DNA from: a virus
Lineage: Duplodnaviria > Caudoviricetes
Virus record (IMG/VR): IMGVR_UViG_3300031520_000012
Span: 1 to 38,639 of that record
Strand: one strand, 5' to 3'
Length of the DNA stretch: 38,639 bases
Shown here in pieces: positions 1-8,914 of the stretch (positions are counted from its first letter, which is position 1; the number at the start of each line of letters is the position of its first letter). The notes beneath the pieces were generated by a model, which did no database searches, had not been told where the DNA came from, and saw only the letters and a list, made by a program, of their open reading frames with translations. A program made the position numbers and the translations under genes.

Positions 1-1330
1 TGACGATCCGTCCCGCGCATCAATCTCACCCTGGCTGGTCAGTGCGGGGTAACGGAATCAAATCGGAACCGAGCCGGGCAAGGGGTTTTTCCGCATCCTG
101 TTAAACCAAGCCATCAAATTAGCTCCACAAGCCAGAGAAGGTGAGCGCCACGTCGGCGAGCGTGCTGTCGGCCGGGCTCGGCGCCGAGACGATCAGCTCA
201 TCGCCGGCGCCGAAGCTGGCGGCGGTCGCCGTGGCGGTGACGACGCCGGTGGGCGAGATGCTGATCGTGCCCACCGTCGAGGTCGCGCCGCCCGCGCTTA
301 GCTTCGAGACCGTGAACGAGGCACTCGCGCTCGGCGGCGTGCCCGCCTTGGCCTGCGGCGCGAACGGCGCGGCGAGGTTGGCCGCCAGGCCGCATGGCCG
401 CATAAAACAATGCCGGTAGACGACTGCCCCCGCACCACCCGGCAGTGTGTTCACCACGCCGATTACACACGCCGCGAACGAGGCTGGAATGGCCAGGGTG
501 CCATCGCCGGCCACCAGCGTGCCGCCGCCCGCCTTGACCCCGCCCAGCGCGCTCGTGGTGGCCGGCTGCAGCGTGTATCCGCTCGCCGCCGTCGTCGGTC
601 CCCACGCCGTGCCGGTCCATCCGAGCACCTGGCCCGCGCTGGCGCCACCCTGCGCGATCTTGGCCGGCGCGATGCTGCCGATCGACAGCGCGGCGCCGGT
701 GAACACGAACTCGGCCGACAGCGTCGCGCCAGCGAACGCGCCGGCGTTGTTGTATTGGAGCTGCCCGCTCGAGCCGCCCGGCGGCGTTGCGGCGCCGCCG
801 ACCGATCCCGGCAGCGTGGCCTCGACCGTCGCGTTCGAGAAGCTGACCCAGCACGAGGCGTTGTTCGGCAGCGACGCGCTGCCCTGCAGCCCGGTGATGC
901 CGGAATAGGTCAGCGCCGAGCCGGTGTGGTTGATGACCTGGCAGCGGAAGCCATCGGTGATCGTGCCATCGACCGCCAGCGTGCCGGCGATCGACCCGGT
1001 GACGACGATGGCCTTGTCATGATCGGCCGCGGTCAGCGTCGCCGTCGTCGCGCCGCTTGCGAAGGCGACCGTCCTGCTGCCGGCCGGCGTGCGGCGGAAC
1101 AGCGCCACCTTTTCGGCCAGCGTCGCCTTGTAGTCGGCGCCAGCACGGTTGACCGTGTCGAGGTCCGAGAGGGCGGGTCCGCCCACCGTCGACACGTCGG
1201 CCAGGGACGCGACGTCGATCGTATTGACCGAGAGCAGGCCATTGGTGTCGATCGACAGCGTGACCTGGTCGACGATGATGCCGCCGAGCTTGCTCGCGGT
1301 CGCCATCGGCAGCGTGTAGGTCGAGCCTCC

Positions 1331-2580
1331 GCTAGCGCCGGCCGGACCGGCCGGACCTGCCGGCCCGGTAGCGCCGATCGAGCCCGCAGCCCCCGTGGGC
1401 CCGACAGGACCGGCCGGACCGGCGGCGCCGGTGCTCCCCGACGATCCGACGGGTCCGGCCGAGCCGACGGCGCCGGCAACGCCGGGATCGCCTTTCGGCC
1501 CCGCCGGGCCGACGCCCCCCTGAAGCCCTTGCGGCCCCGCCGAACCGACACCGCCCTGAAGCCCTTGCGGCCCAGTCGCACCGGGATCGCCTTTCGGCCC
1601 CGCCGAACCGAGATTTCCCTGAAGCCCTTGCGGCCCAGCCACGCCGGGATCGCCTTTAAGCCCTTGCGGACCCGCGGCGCCCGCCGGTCCGACAACCCCT
1701 TGATCGCCCTTGACGCCGGCGACGCCTGCCGTGCCGGGCGGTCCGGATGCGCCAGGATCGCCCTTCGCGCCAGGCGGTCCCGCCGAGCCGATAGCCCCTT
1801 GTGCGCCCGGATCGCCCTTGGCGCCGACCTGACCCGCCACGCCAGCGGCCCCGGGCGGGCCGACCGGTCCAACGCCTCCGGTAGCACCGGGATCGCCTTT
1901 CGACCCCGACGCTCCAGGAGCTCCCACCAGCCCCTGATCGCCTTTCGGACCTTGCGGACCGGGACCGCCGATGGCGCCAGGAGTTCCGGGCGGACCTGAG
2001 ACACCTGCCGGGCCGATGGCCCCGGCAGCTCCGACAGGCCCGGCCGCTCCAGGGTCACCCTTGGCGCCCGGAAGGCCAACGGATCCAGCCGCGCCGACAT
2101 CCCCCTTGGGCCCAGACGGCCCGGAGACGCCCGCCGGACCCGCCGCACCCGCGTCGCCTTTCGGGCCGGGCGCCCCGATCGCACCAGGGTCGCCGTTCGC
2201 GCCCGGCGGGCCCAGCGGCCCGACGGCGCCCATGGGCCCCTGAGTTCCAGCCACGCCTGCCGGGCCAGTTGGGCCGCCGACACCCGCGTCGCCCCTGTCT
2301 CCCTTTGGCCCCACCGAGCCAGCCAAGCCCATCAGGCCAGCGGGACCTGGCGCGCCAAGGTCGCCCTTCGGCCCCGGCGTCCCTTGCGGCCCGGCCTGTC
2401 CCGCTTGGCCTTGCGGCCCTGGCGCGCCCGCAGCGCCGGCAATGCCGGGCGGACCGATCGGCCCCTGCCCGCCCAATAGTCCAGGCGGACCGAGATCTCC
2501 TTTAGTCCAGGCGGACCGAGATCTCCTTTCGGGCCCGGGGCACCCGGCGGCCCGGCGGCGCCTGGCGGCCCGGCGGTTCC
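1331..2580 (-). repeat. Gly-X-Y collagen repeat tract
   Basis: About 127 uninterrupted triplets in 1331-2473, plus 9-12 upstream of the frameshift. GPKGD/GAKGDP motifs recur. Confidence 0.95.
2477..2528. repeat. Perfect 26-bp tandem duplication
   Basis: tagtccaggcggaccgagatctcctt at 2477-2502 and 2503-2528. Confidence 0.95.
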
Positions 2581-2709
2581 GGCGAGCAGGCTCGCTTTAT
2601 AGGGGGTTGAGACCCCATTGATCTGGACGCCCACCATCAAACGCGCCTGAGGGATCAGGGCGACGGGGACGTCGTCGAGGGTAAAGAGATCAGTGCTCAT
2701 GGATCGCCC

Positions 2710-3138
2710 TCAGACACGGATCGAGACGCTGCCGATGGTGACCACCTGGCCACCCACCGAGAGTGTGTTGGCCGACGGATCGGTGGCGATCAGGCCGATC
2801 GGCGGCGCCGCCCCGATCGGCTGGTAGACGACGATCTCATCCTGCCCGCCGCCGCTGTAGCGAAGCCGGAAGCGCACCCGCCACCGCGTCTGCGGCGCGG
2901 CCGGCGGCGCGTCCGACAGGAAGAAATTGATCGCCGACGGCGCCACGTCGAACGTGTCGGCCACCAGCGGCGGCTCGAGCTCGACCGACACGTCGGCCAA
3001 CGAATGGCCGGCGTCGGCCAGCACGTCGCCGAGGTCGAGCGTGCGCGAGACGCGGATGCCGGGCGGCTTTTCCCCCCACGCCGGCGCGTAGGAGGGCGGC
3101 CGCGCGATCGGCACCAGGACGGTGTCGAGCCCGTTCAT
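2710..3138 (-). CDS. Putative fibre-tail adaptor protein
   Basis: Starts MNGLDTVLV at an ATGA overlap. The W.EKPP...RTLDL.D pattern and beta-rich body resemble fibre adaptor proteins. It lies directly before the collagen fibre. Confidence 0.6.
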   Translation of the reverse strand: MNGLDTVLVPIARPPSYAPAWGEKPPGIRVSRTLDLGDVLADAGHSLADVSVELEPPLVADTFDVAPSAINFFLSDAPPAAPQTRWRVRFRLRYSGGGQDEIVVYQPIGAAPPIGLIATDPSANTLSVGGQVVTIGSVSIRV

Positions 3139-3659
3139 GCGGAGGACGGCCAGCCGGCCGTGATGTCGGTTGCTGGATTGGCGGCCAGCGTCGCCGCGAG
3201 CTGCGCCTCGTGCGCGTAGCAGGACGCGACATAGGCCGCGACCTTCTTGGCCAGGTCCTTGATGTCGGACGCGGTCAGCGCGACGAAGCTGCCGTCGGCG
3301 CACTTCCACGGCGTGCCGTCGACCCAAAAACCGTCTCGGGCGAGCGTGTAGGCGTTGCCGAGCTTGGCCTGCGAGGTCGGGTCCGATGCGACGACGACGG
3401 GCGATTTGGCGGTGGACGCTTGGAACGCCACGCCGGCGGTCTCGTGCTGATACCGCTGGGCGGCGAGCGCGTCCCGGAGGCTCCGCAGATCGGGCGGCGC
3501 GAGCGTGCGCGGCTGCACGACGCCAGCCAGCACCCGGTCGCCGATCCTGGCCGCGGCCGGGCACGGATACCAGACCAGGCCGGCATGGAACCGGCCGGTG
3601 GGATCGGTCGCCACGACCTCCACCACCACCCCGTTCTGATCGTCCCGCGCCCAGGTCAT
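3135..3659 (-). CDS. Tail fibre assembly protein, DUF4376-like
   Basis: LAAQRYQHETAGV...SQAKL...WKCADGSFVALT...VAAYVASCYAHE pattern; follows the tail fibre gene. Confidence 0.75.
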   Translation of the reverse strand: MTWARDDQNGVVVEVVATDPTGRFHAGLVWYPCPAAARIGDRVLAGVVQPRTLAPPDLRSLRDALAAQRYQHETAGVAFQASTAKSPVVVASDPTSQAKLGNAYTLARDGFWVDGTPWKCADGSFVALTASDIKDLAKKVAAYVASCYAHEAQLAATLAANPATDITAGWPSSA

Positions 3660-3675
3660 GCCGTGTCGCTCCCGG

Positions 3676-4467
3676 TCAATAGAAGATCACGATGACACCG
3701 GGCGCCCCGGCCCCGCCGCCGGCCTGCGCCGCGCTGCCGGAGGCGCCGCCGCCCGGGAACGCTCCTGGAATGCCCAAGGCGGAGCCGTAGGCGGCGCCAA
3801 AGTGGGCGATCAGGCCGCCAAAGGCGGCGCCCCCTTGCGACGTGACCAGGCCGTTGGCGATCGCGAACGGGGCCGAGCACGTGCTGCCGTTGATCGCGAG
3901 CGCGGTGCCGTAGGCGCTGCCGCCCGCGCTCACCCCAGGCGGGAAGCCGGACGACGAGGGCGCGCCACCCATGCCGCCTGTGGCGCTGCACAGCGTGCCC
4001 AGAGAGCTGGTCCCGCCGGGTCCGCCAGCGGTCGGATTGACGCCGCCCACGCCACCGACGCCGCCGGCGCCGATCGTGACGGGCAGCACGGTTCCCGGCA
4101 CCACGTCGAACTCGTCCTCGCCATAGCCGCCGCCGAGCGACGCCGCCGTGGGCCCGTAAGTGCCGCCAGAGCCGCCGCCGCCGCCCCAGATCTTGACCGC
4201 GATCCGGACCACGGTGGCGGGCACCGTCCACGAGCCGCTGGCGGTTAGCACCGCCCGGCGGCGGCCGATGCGGGAGACCGCGTGGCGCCATAGCGTGTTG
4301 TCGTTGACGTTGCCCACCTGATCGCCCGCCAGAAGCAACGTCATCGCCTCTTCCTGCATGCCGTTGAGCCAGACATCGCGGACGATGGTGCCCTGGATGC
4401 CGGCGAGATCGTCGCCATCGGTGAACAGCCGCTGAGGGGTTGCTGAGGGGTCGCTGATCCGGTCCAT
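3676..4467 (-). CDS. Short tail fibre protein (Mu gp49-like N-terminus plus glycine-rich domain)
   Basis: MDRI...FTDGD...T.V..VWLNGMQEE baseplate-attachment motif, then SGSWTVP...WGGGGG Gly-rich domain ending GAPGVIVIFY. Confidence 0.8.
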   Translation of the reverse strand: MDRISDPSATPQRLFTDGDDLAGIQGTIVRDVWLNGMQEEAMTLLLAGDQVGNVNDNTLWRHAVSRIGRRRAVLTASGSWTVPATVVRIAVKIWGGGGGSGGTYGPTAASLGGGYGEDEFDVVPGTVLPVTIGAGGVGGVGGVNPTAGGPGGTSSLGTLCSATGGMGGAPSSSGFPPGVSAGGSAYGTALAINGSTCSAPFAIANGLVTSQGGAAFGGLIAHFGAAYGSALGIPGAFPGGGASGSAAQAGGGAGAPGVIVIFY

Positions 4468-4476
4468 CGTTGGGTC

Positions 4477-5067
4477 TCAGCTCGCCTGGTTGCCGAACAG
4501 GAGGAGAGTGTGGGTGGGCGTCGTCTGGCTGAGCTGGCATTGCAGCCACGACACTCCGAACGTCAGCAGGCGATCGCCGGCGCGGCTTTGCCCGGCCCGG
4601 AAGCGCACGACGTTGGTGTGGGGGAGGTTGATGCGCCAGGTCCACTGCACGCGCTGCCCGCGGATCCGCTGGCCGGCCCGCAGCACCCCCGCCCGCGACG
4701 GCACGAATTCGTCGATCGTGATCGCGTAGCCGAGCGAGGCCGCGAGCGCGATGTAATCCTTCCGCGCCGCGCCGCCGGTGCGCGTCCAACGCAGGTGCAC
4801 CGAAGCGCGGCGTTCCTGCAGCGTCGCGGGCGAGGCAGCCAGGCACGGATCCGGGCCCAGCACACGCTCGTAGTCGCCGAGCAGCTGGGCGCTGGCGCTA
4901 GGCGTCGCCTCGAGCAGCTGCGCCTCCGCCTGCGTTTCGAACAGCACCTGCTCCTGCGCCTGCGGCGTGAAGGAACGACCCAGGTTGCTGTCCGGATCGC
5001 GCGTCCACGCCCAGCCCGGCGGCAGCTTGGCGAGCGCGCCCTCGAGCGCCTGATCTTGCGTCAACAT
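4477..5067 (-). CDS. Baseplate protein Mu gp48 (YmfQ/DUF2313-like)
   Basis: LPPGWAW...LL.DYERVLG PD.C...LQERR...YIALAASLGY.ITI.E...P.HT motif; lies after gp47. Confidence 0.9.
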   Translation of the reverse strand: MLTQDQALEGALAKLPPGWAWTRDPDSNLGRSFTPQAQEQVLFETQAEAQLLEATPSASAQLLGDYERVLGPDPCLAASPATLQERRASVHLRWTRTGGAARKDYIALAASLGYAITIDEFVPSRAGVLRAGQRIRGQRVQWTWRINLPHTNVVRFRAGQSRAGDRLLTFGVSWLQCQLSQTTPTHTLLLFGNQAS

Positions 5068-6178
5068 CAGATCCCGCCCTGCGGCAATGCCGCGCCGGTG
5101 GTGAAGGTGACCGGCAGGGCGAGCGTCGGCATCGTCGTGGCGGCCGGCACGATGTCGCCGGCGGGCGAGGCGATGACATGGGCGTATTCGCCGCTCGCCG
5201 AGCTGACCGCGTCGTCGTAGCGCGAGCGCGGCAGGATCTTGCCGATGCCGGCTTCGCGCGCGAAGAACGCCGCCAGCGCGGCTTGCGCGGCCGCGCGCGT
5301 GCTGACGCTGTCCGGGCTCAGCGCGAGGCTGAACTGACCGGGGCGAGCGTGGCCGCCAGCGTGATGACCGTCGCCGTGACCGGGCGGTTGTCCTGGATGT
5401 TGGCGTCGATGCGCGCCAGCTCGGCCGCGGTCGGCACGCGCGGCCCGGGCATCAGCACCGCGACACCCACCGTGCCGGCGCCGACCCAGGCCGGCAACAC
5501 CTGCACGTAGCCGGCCCCGGCGTCGGTGGCCCAGCCCTGGTAATCGGCGATCGAACCGGATTGGCCGCGCTTGCGGATGCGCTGCAGGATGCGCCCGCGC
5601 CACGCCTCGACATTCTCGAGATCGCGGCCGCCGACGAACCCGCCGACGTCGACCGTCGCACTCTGCGGATTGAGCCCTGCCACCGGCGAGACCAGCGGCA
5701 GCACCGTGCCGGCGGCGACGCTGGAGGCGGTGCCGGCGATCTCGGCCTCGGACGGGACCGAGACCGCGCCGGTCGCCCCGATCGTCGCCGCGGCCTGAGT
5801 GCGCCACCGCAGACCGGTCGCCGCATAGACTTCGATGCCCTGCGGCAACGCGATCCCGGCCGCGCCGACGAAGATGAGGTTGCCGAGCGCGGTCAGCGGC
5901 TGCAGCTGCGGCACGCCCCATTCGGCGGCATGCCGCGTCAGCCAGTCCTGCGCGGTGTCGGGCATCAGCTCGGTGGCCAGGCTCTGCTGGTAAAGATAAA
6001 GCTCGGTCCAGGTTTCCTCGGCCGCCACGCCGATCGCGCGCAAGGCGGTGTTCGGGCTGCGCGCGTCGACCAGCTGCGGCCGTGGCAGGCCGGTATCGGG
6101 ATCGAGCGCGAACGCCCGCTCGAACGAGCCGGCGTAGCGCTCGGCGACCGCGCCGGGGGCGGGGATCGGCCAGCTCAT
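5067..6178 (-). pseudogene. Baseplate J-like wedge protein (Mu gp47) with a 1-nt frameshift near 5335-5342
   Basis: MSWPIP...LMPDTA..WL.RHA..WG...GG.D.E..E.WR.R...DYQ.WA is in ORF 5318..6421. The C-terminal part QFSLALSPDS...FF.RE is in ORF 5067..5921. Confidence 0.85.
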
Positions 6179-6627
6179 GCGGCGAGCTGCAGTTGCTGCC
6201 GGGTGGCGCCGGTCTGCACGTCGAGCAGCATCGCCGTCCGCGTCGGCCAGGACGCCGCGACGGCGATGTCGACGCCCTCGCGCTCGCTCAGCCACGCCAA
6301 TGCGGCCTCGGCATAGTCTTGCGCCCGGCGCAGCACGTCGTCGGTCTGCTTCTCGCGCTCGAGCAGCCACAGTTTGGAGCCGACCCGGTCGCCGTTGGCG
6401 TCGAGCGCGTCGCCCGGACAACCCCGCCGCGGATTGATGCCGGCGGCAAGGCTGCCCTCGGTGACGGTGTCGGGCAGCGTATCGTCGGGCTCGGCGCGGC
6501 GATCGCTGCCGAGGCTGATCAGCAACGGCGTGACCGGCGTTGCGTCGAGCGCGAGCGTGCCGCCGGCGAACGCCAGATCGCAGCGGCGGCGGATCGGATC
6601 CCAGGCAATGGCGAGGTCAAGCAACAC
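6175..6627 (-). CDS. Baseplate protein Mu gp46
   Basis: LLISLGSDRRA...RG..GD....GSKLWLLEREK...AQDYAEAALAWL signature. Confidence 0.92.
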   Translation of the reverse strand: MLLDLAIAWDPIRRRCDLAFAGGTLALDATPVTPLLISLGSDRRAEPDDTLPDTVTEGSLAAGINPRRGCPGDALDANGDRVGSKLWLLEREKQTDDVLRRAQDYAEAALAWLSEREGVDIAVAASWPTRTAMLLDVQTGATRQQLQLAA

Positions 6628-6680
6628 GCCAGCATTGTCGCGCGCGCGGGGAAGCGCTGTTAATCCCTGCGGGAGACGGG
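6628..6680 (-). promoter_or_regulatory. Putative late promoter upstream of gp46
   Basis: Imperfect dyad ccctgc-ggga-gacggg at 6665-6680, then TTAAC on the - strand. A -10-like GACAAT lies 6 nt before GTG 6627. Same geometry as the sites at 19296-19347 and 28952-29004. Confidence 0.7.
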
Positions 6681-6875
6681 ATCAGATACCGTCGTTCTCG
6701 GAACGCGGTCATCGCTAATTGGCTCCCACCCCCAGTTAGCCCGGACGCGGTTCGTCCAAACTAAGTTCTGCCTCACAGCCCTGCTTGCCGCTGCGAGAGT
6801 AACTCTGGCGCGCCGGCAGACCTCGGGATCGCCGGTCGTTCGTGGAGTGGGGGCGTCGTGCTTGATCTCAGGCAT
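6660..6875 (-). CDS. Small hypothetical protein (moron-like)
   Basis: MPEIKHD... 71 aa, overlapping the previous stop; lower GC than the flanks. Confidence 0.45.
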   Translation of the reverse strand: MPEIKHDAPTPRTTGDPEVCRRARVTLAAASRAVRQNLVWTNRVRANWGWEPISDDRVPRTTVSDPVSRRD

Positions 6876-7065
6876 GCCGATCAGCCTCCATCGCAATCTC
6901 CTCTTCGGTCGCGGGGCGGCGGCAGATCATGAGCGGTTGCCTCGCCGTGCAGTCGCATGCCTCAATGTCGGCATTCGACGTGCGTAAGTCTCCGCACTTT
7001 GGACACTCCCACAACATCACTTCGGAGCGCTGTCGGGTTGTTTCCGTAGTGCGGTCGTTGCTCAT
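6868..7065 (-). CDS. Small Cys-rich (CPKC...CDC) possible zinc-ribbon protein
   Basis: GAGGGAG RBS after the gp45 stop. WECPKCG...ACDC motif, lower GC. The start could be 7074. Confidence 0.55.
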   Translation of the reverse strand: MSNDRTTETTRQRSEVMLWECPKCGDLRTSNADIEACDCTARQPLMICRRPATEEEIAMEADRHA

Positions 7066-7079
7066 TACCACCATCTCCC

Positions 7080-7634
7080 TCAACCATGCCCGTTGAAGCT
7101 GGCGCCGGTGATCGCGCCCGAGACGTGCAGGTCTCCGGTGATCGACGCGCCGCTTTGCAAAGTCACTGCGCCGGCGAAGGTGACGCCCTGCTTGAAAATG
7201 ACCGGGTCCATGAAGGTCACCGGGCCGTGCACCGTGCTACCGGCTTGCGCCTCGATCGAGAGCGTCTGGGTGACGATGCGCAACAACGCCGCGAGCGCCA
7301 GCGTGCCATTGCCGTCGGCGGTGAGGGCCAGGTGGTTGCCGGCGTCGTCGTAGAGCGCCACCCCGCCCTTGGGCAGGTTGCCGAATCGGGTGCCGATCCC
7401 CATCAACGGCAGCGCCACCAGGTGCGCCTGATCGCCACCGATCGCGATCAGCAGGCAGCTCGCGCCGTCGCCGGCATTGGTCGCCAGGCCGTGGATGCTC
7501 ACCACCTCGACGCCGCTGCGCTCGACGTTGTCATGGGTGCGCACGGTGATCGTCTGCGCCTCGCCGGTGTCGTCGATCGAGAGCACCTCGCCGAAGACCG
7601 AGGCGCCGCGCAGTCTGGTGTCGAGCTCGCTCAT
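7080..7634 (-). CDS. Baseplate spike/assembly protein (Mu gp45, gpV-like)
   Basis: MSELDTRLRG... start at an ATGA overlap. OB-fold-like N-terminus, L.KGGVALYDD.G and beta-helical C-terminal repeats. Confidence 0.88.
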   Translation of the reverse strand: MSELDTRLRGASVFGEVLSIDDTGEAQTITVRTHDNVERSGVEVVSIHGLATNAGDGASCLLIAIGGDQAHLVALPLMGIGTRFGNLPKGGVALYDDAGNHLALTADGNGTLALAALLRIVTQTLSIEAQAGSTVHGPVTFMDPVIFKQGVTFAGAVTLQSGASITGDLHVSGAITGASFNGHG

Positions 7635-8914
7635 CGGGCCGAGCGTCCACCCAGATTGCCGACGTTGCTGCCGCGGGCGGCAGCGTGGCGGCGGTGCTGA
7701 TCCGGCAGCGGCTCGAGGTCGTAGGCCTCGCGGCCAACCAGCTCGAGCTCGGTGCGGCTGCCGGCGCGATCGTCCTGGGCGTAGTGCACGTCGGCGATCA
7801 GCGCGTCGAACGGATCGAGCGTCCCGCCGCGCACCGAGACGATCTCGTTGGGCCGCCACAGCCGGTTGTCGGCGCCGTCGCGCCAGCCGGCCACGGTCCA
7901 GTGATTGCGGACCGAGTTTCCGCGCGCGATGCGCATGCGCCATTCCGCGAGCAGCTGATTGGGCGCGTCCCCGGACTGGCTGCGCACGGTGAACACTTTC
8001 GGCCGATAGAGCCCCTTGAAGAACGGATCGACGGCGTGGCCGGTGCTGACGATGGACGCGCTCTGGCTCGCCACCACGTCGATCTCGGGCAACGTCACGT
8101 CGGACGGCGAGGCAGTGCCGTCGACCGGACCCGGGCTCGAGACGGCCCGGCGGCTGTGTCGGGCGGTGGCGCTGCCTCCCGGCGCCCGGGCGGTGGCGGG
8201 CGCCTCGGTGCCGTCGAGTGAGGCGCGCCGGCCGCCGCGGCTCGGCCGGGTCTGGCCCTTGACCCAATAGTCGCTGAACCGGTCGCGGATCGACAGCCGT
8301 GCGCCGCCCGAGATCGCGTTGCCCGGCATGCTGAGCGGCGCCGGCGAGCGCCGGGTGCCGCTGCGGGTCAGCACCAATCCGCCGACGCCATCGCTGGTGA
8401 CCAGCAGCGCGCGCTGCTTGGCCGCCTTGTCGATCGCGCTCATCACGGTCTCGCCGACCTCGATCCCGTAATCGCGCAGCGGCGCCCCGACATCGACCTC
8501 GGCGCGGACCGGGATGTTGAACGGCGCGCACAGCCGTTGCGCGATCTGCAGCGCGTCGAGGCCTTTGTATTCGGCCGGCCCGAGCGGGTTGGCCGAGCAG
8601 TCGATCAGAAAGCCGGTGCGATCGCGGCCGGACAGGCGCGCGTGCACCTCCTCTCCAGACACCTGGAATTCGACATCCTCGATCCAGCCCAGCAGCACGA
8701 GTTCGCCGTCGAGCAGGATGCGCACCTCGGCCGGCGGCTTGATCGCGATGAGCGACATCCGCGCTTCCGCCCGCGGCAGGATCGACTGCATGCGGAGCTG
8801 GTCGTCGTATTCGAATTCGAAGCTGCCGGAGATCTCCGACAGGCCACGCTGGATGCGCGCGCTGGTCCAGTCGATGAACACTAGACCATTGGTCTCCAGG
8901 CGTAGCTCAGGCAC
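7631..8914 (-). CDS. Baseplate hub protein (Mu gpP/gp44)
   Basis: W.SARI.R...ISGSF.F...GRDRT..LIDCS...RFSDYWVKGQ...V.GWR...LWRPN. GTG start at 8914 with a GAGGTGG RBS. Confidence 0.92.
   Translation of the reverse strand: MPELRLETNGLVFIDWTSARIQRGLSEISGSFEFEYDDQLRMQSILPRAEARMSLIAIKPPAEVRILLDGELVLLGWIEDVEFQVSGEEVHARLSGRDRTGFLIDCSANPLGPAEYKGLDALQIAQRLCAPFNIPVRAEVDVGAPLRDYGIEVGETVMSAIDKAAKQRALLVTSDGVGGLVLTRSGTRRSPAPLSMPGNAISGGARLSIRDRFSDYWVKGQTRPSRGGRRASLDGTEAPATARAPGGSATARHSRRAVSSPGPVDGTASPSDVTLPEIDVVASQSASIVSTGHAVDPFFKGLYRPKVFTVRSQSGDAPNQLLAEWRMRIARGNSVRNHWTVAGWRDGADNRLWRPNEIVSVRGGTLDPFDALIADVHYAQDDRAGSRTELELVGREAYDLEPLPDQHRRHAAARGSNVGNLGGRSAR

Larger units (their letters stand above)
119..2700 (-). 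pseudogene. Collagen-like tail/head fibre protein (~851-860 aa when repaired), frameshifted at ~2500
   Basis: ORF 2332..2700 gives the N-terminus (MSTDLF...[11 protein letters not shown]). ORF 119..2476 continues the Gly-X-Y register, followed by two YTL.xAT...LGG fibre motifs and a C-terminal domain. The frames differ because of the duplication at 2477-2528. Confidence 0.85.

Noticed and set aside
1-118. TG at position 1 as the phage terminus; gttaaacc at 100-107 as a fourth late promoter
   Set aside because: There are no TCTTGTAGGTT-like sites nearby, and neither the CCCTGC dyad nor a correctly spaced start codon is present.
119-4467. Diversity-generating retroelement or invertible fibre cassette
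   Set aside because: No reverse transcriptase, template/variable repeat pair, invertase or flanking inverted sites are seen in the window.
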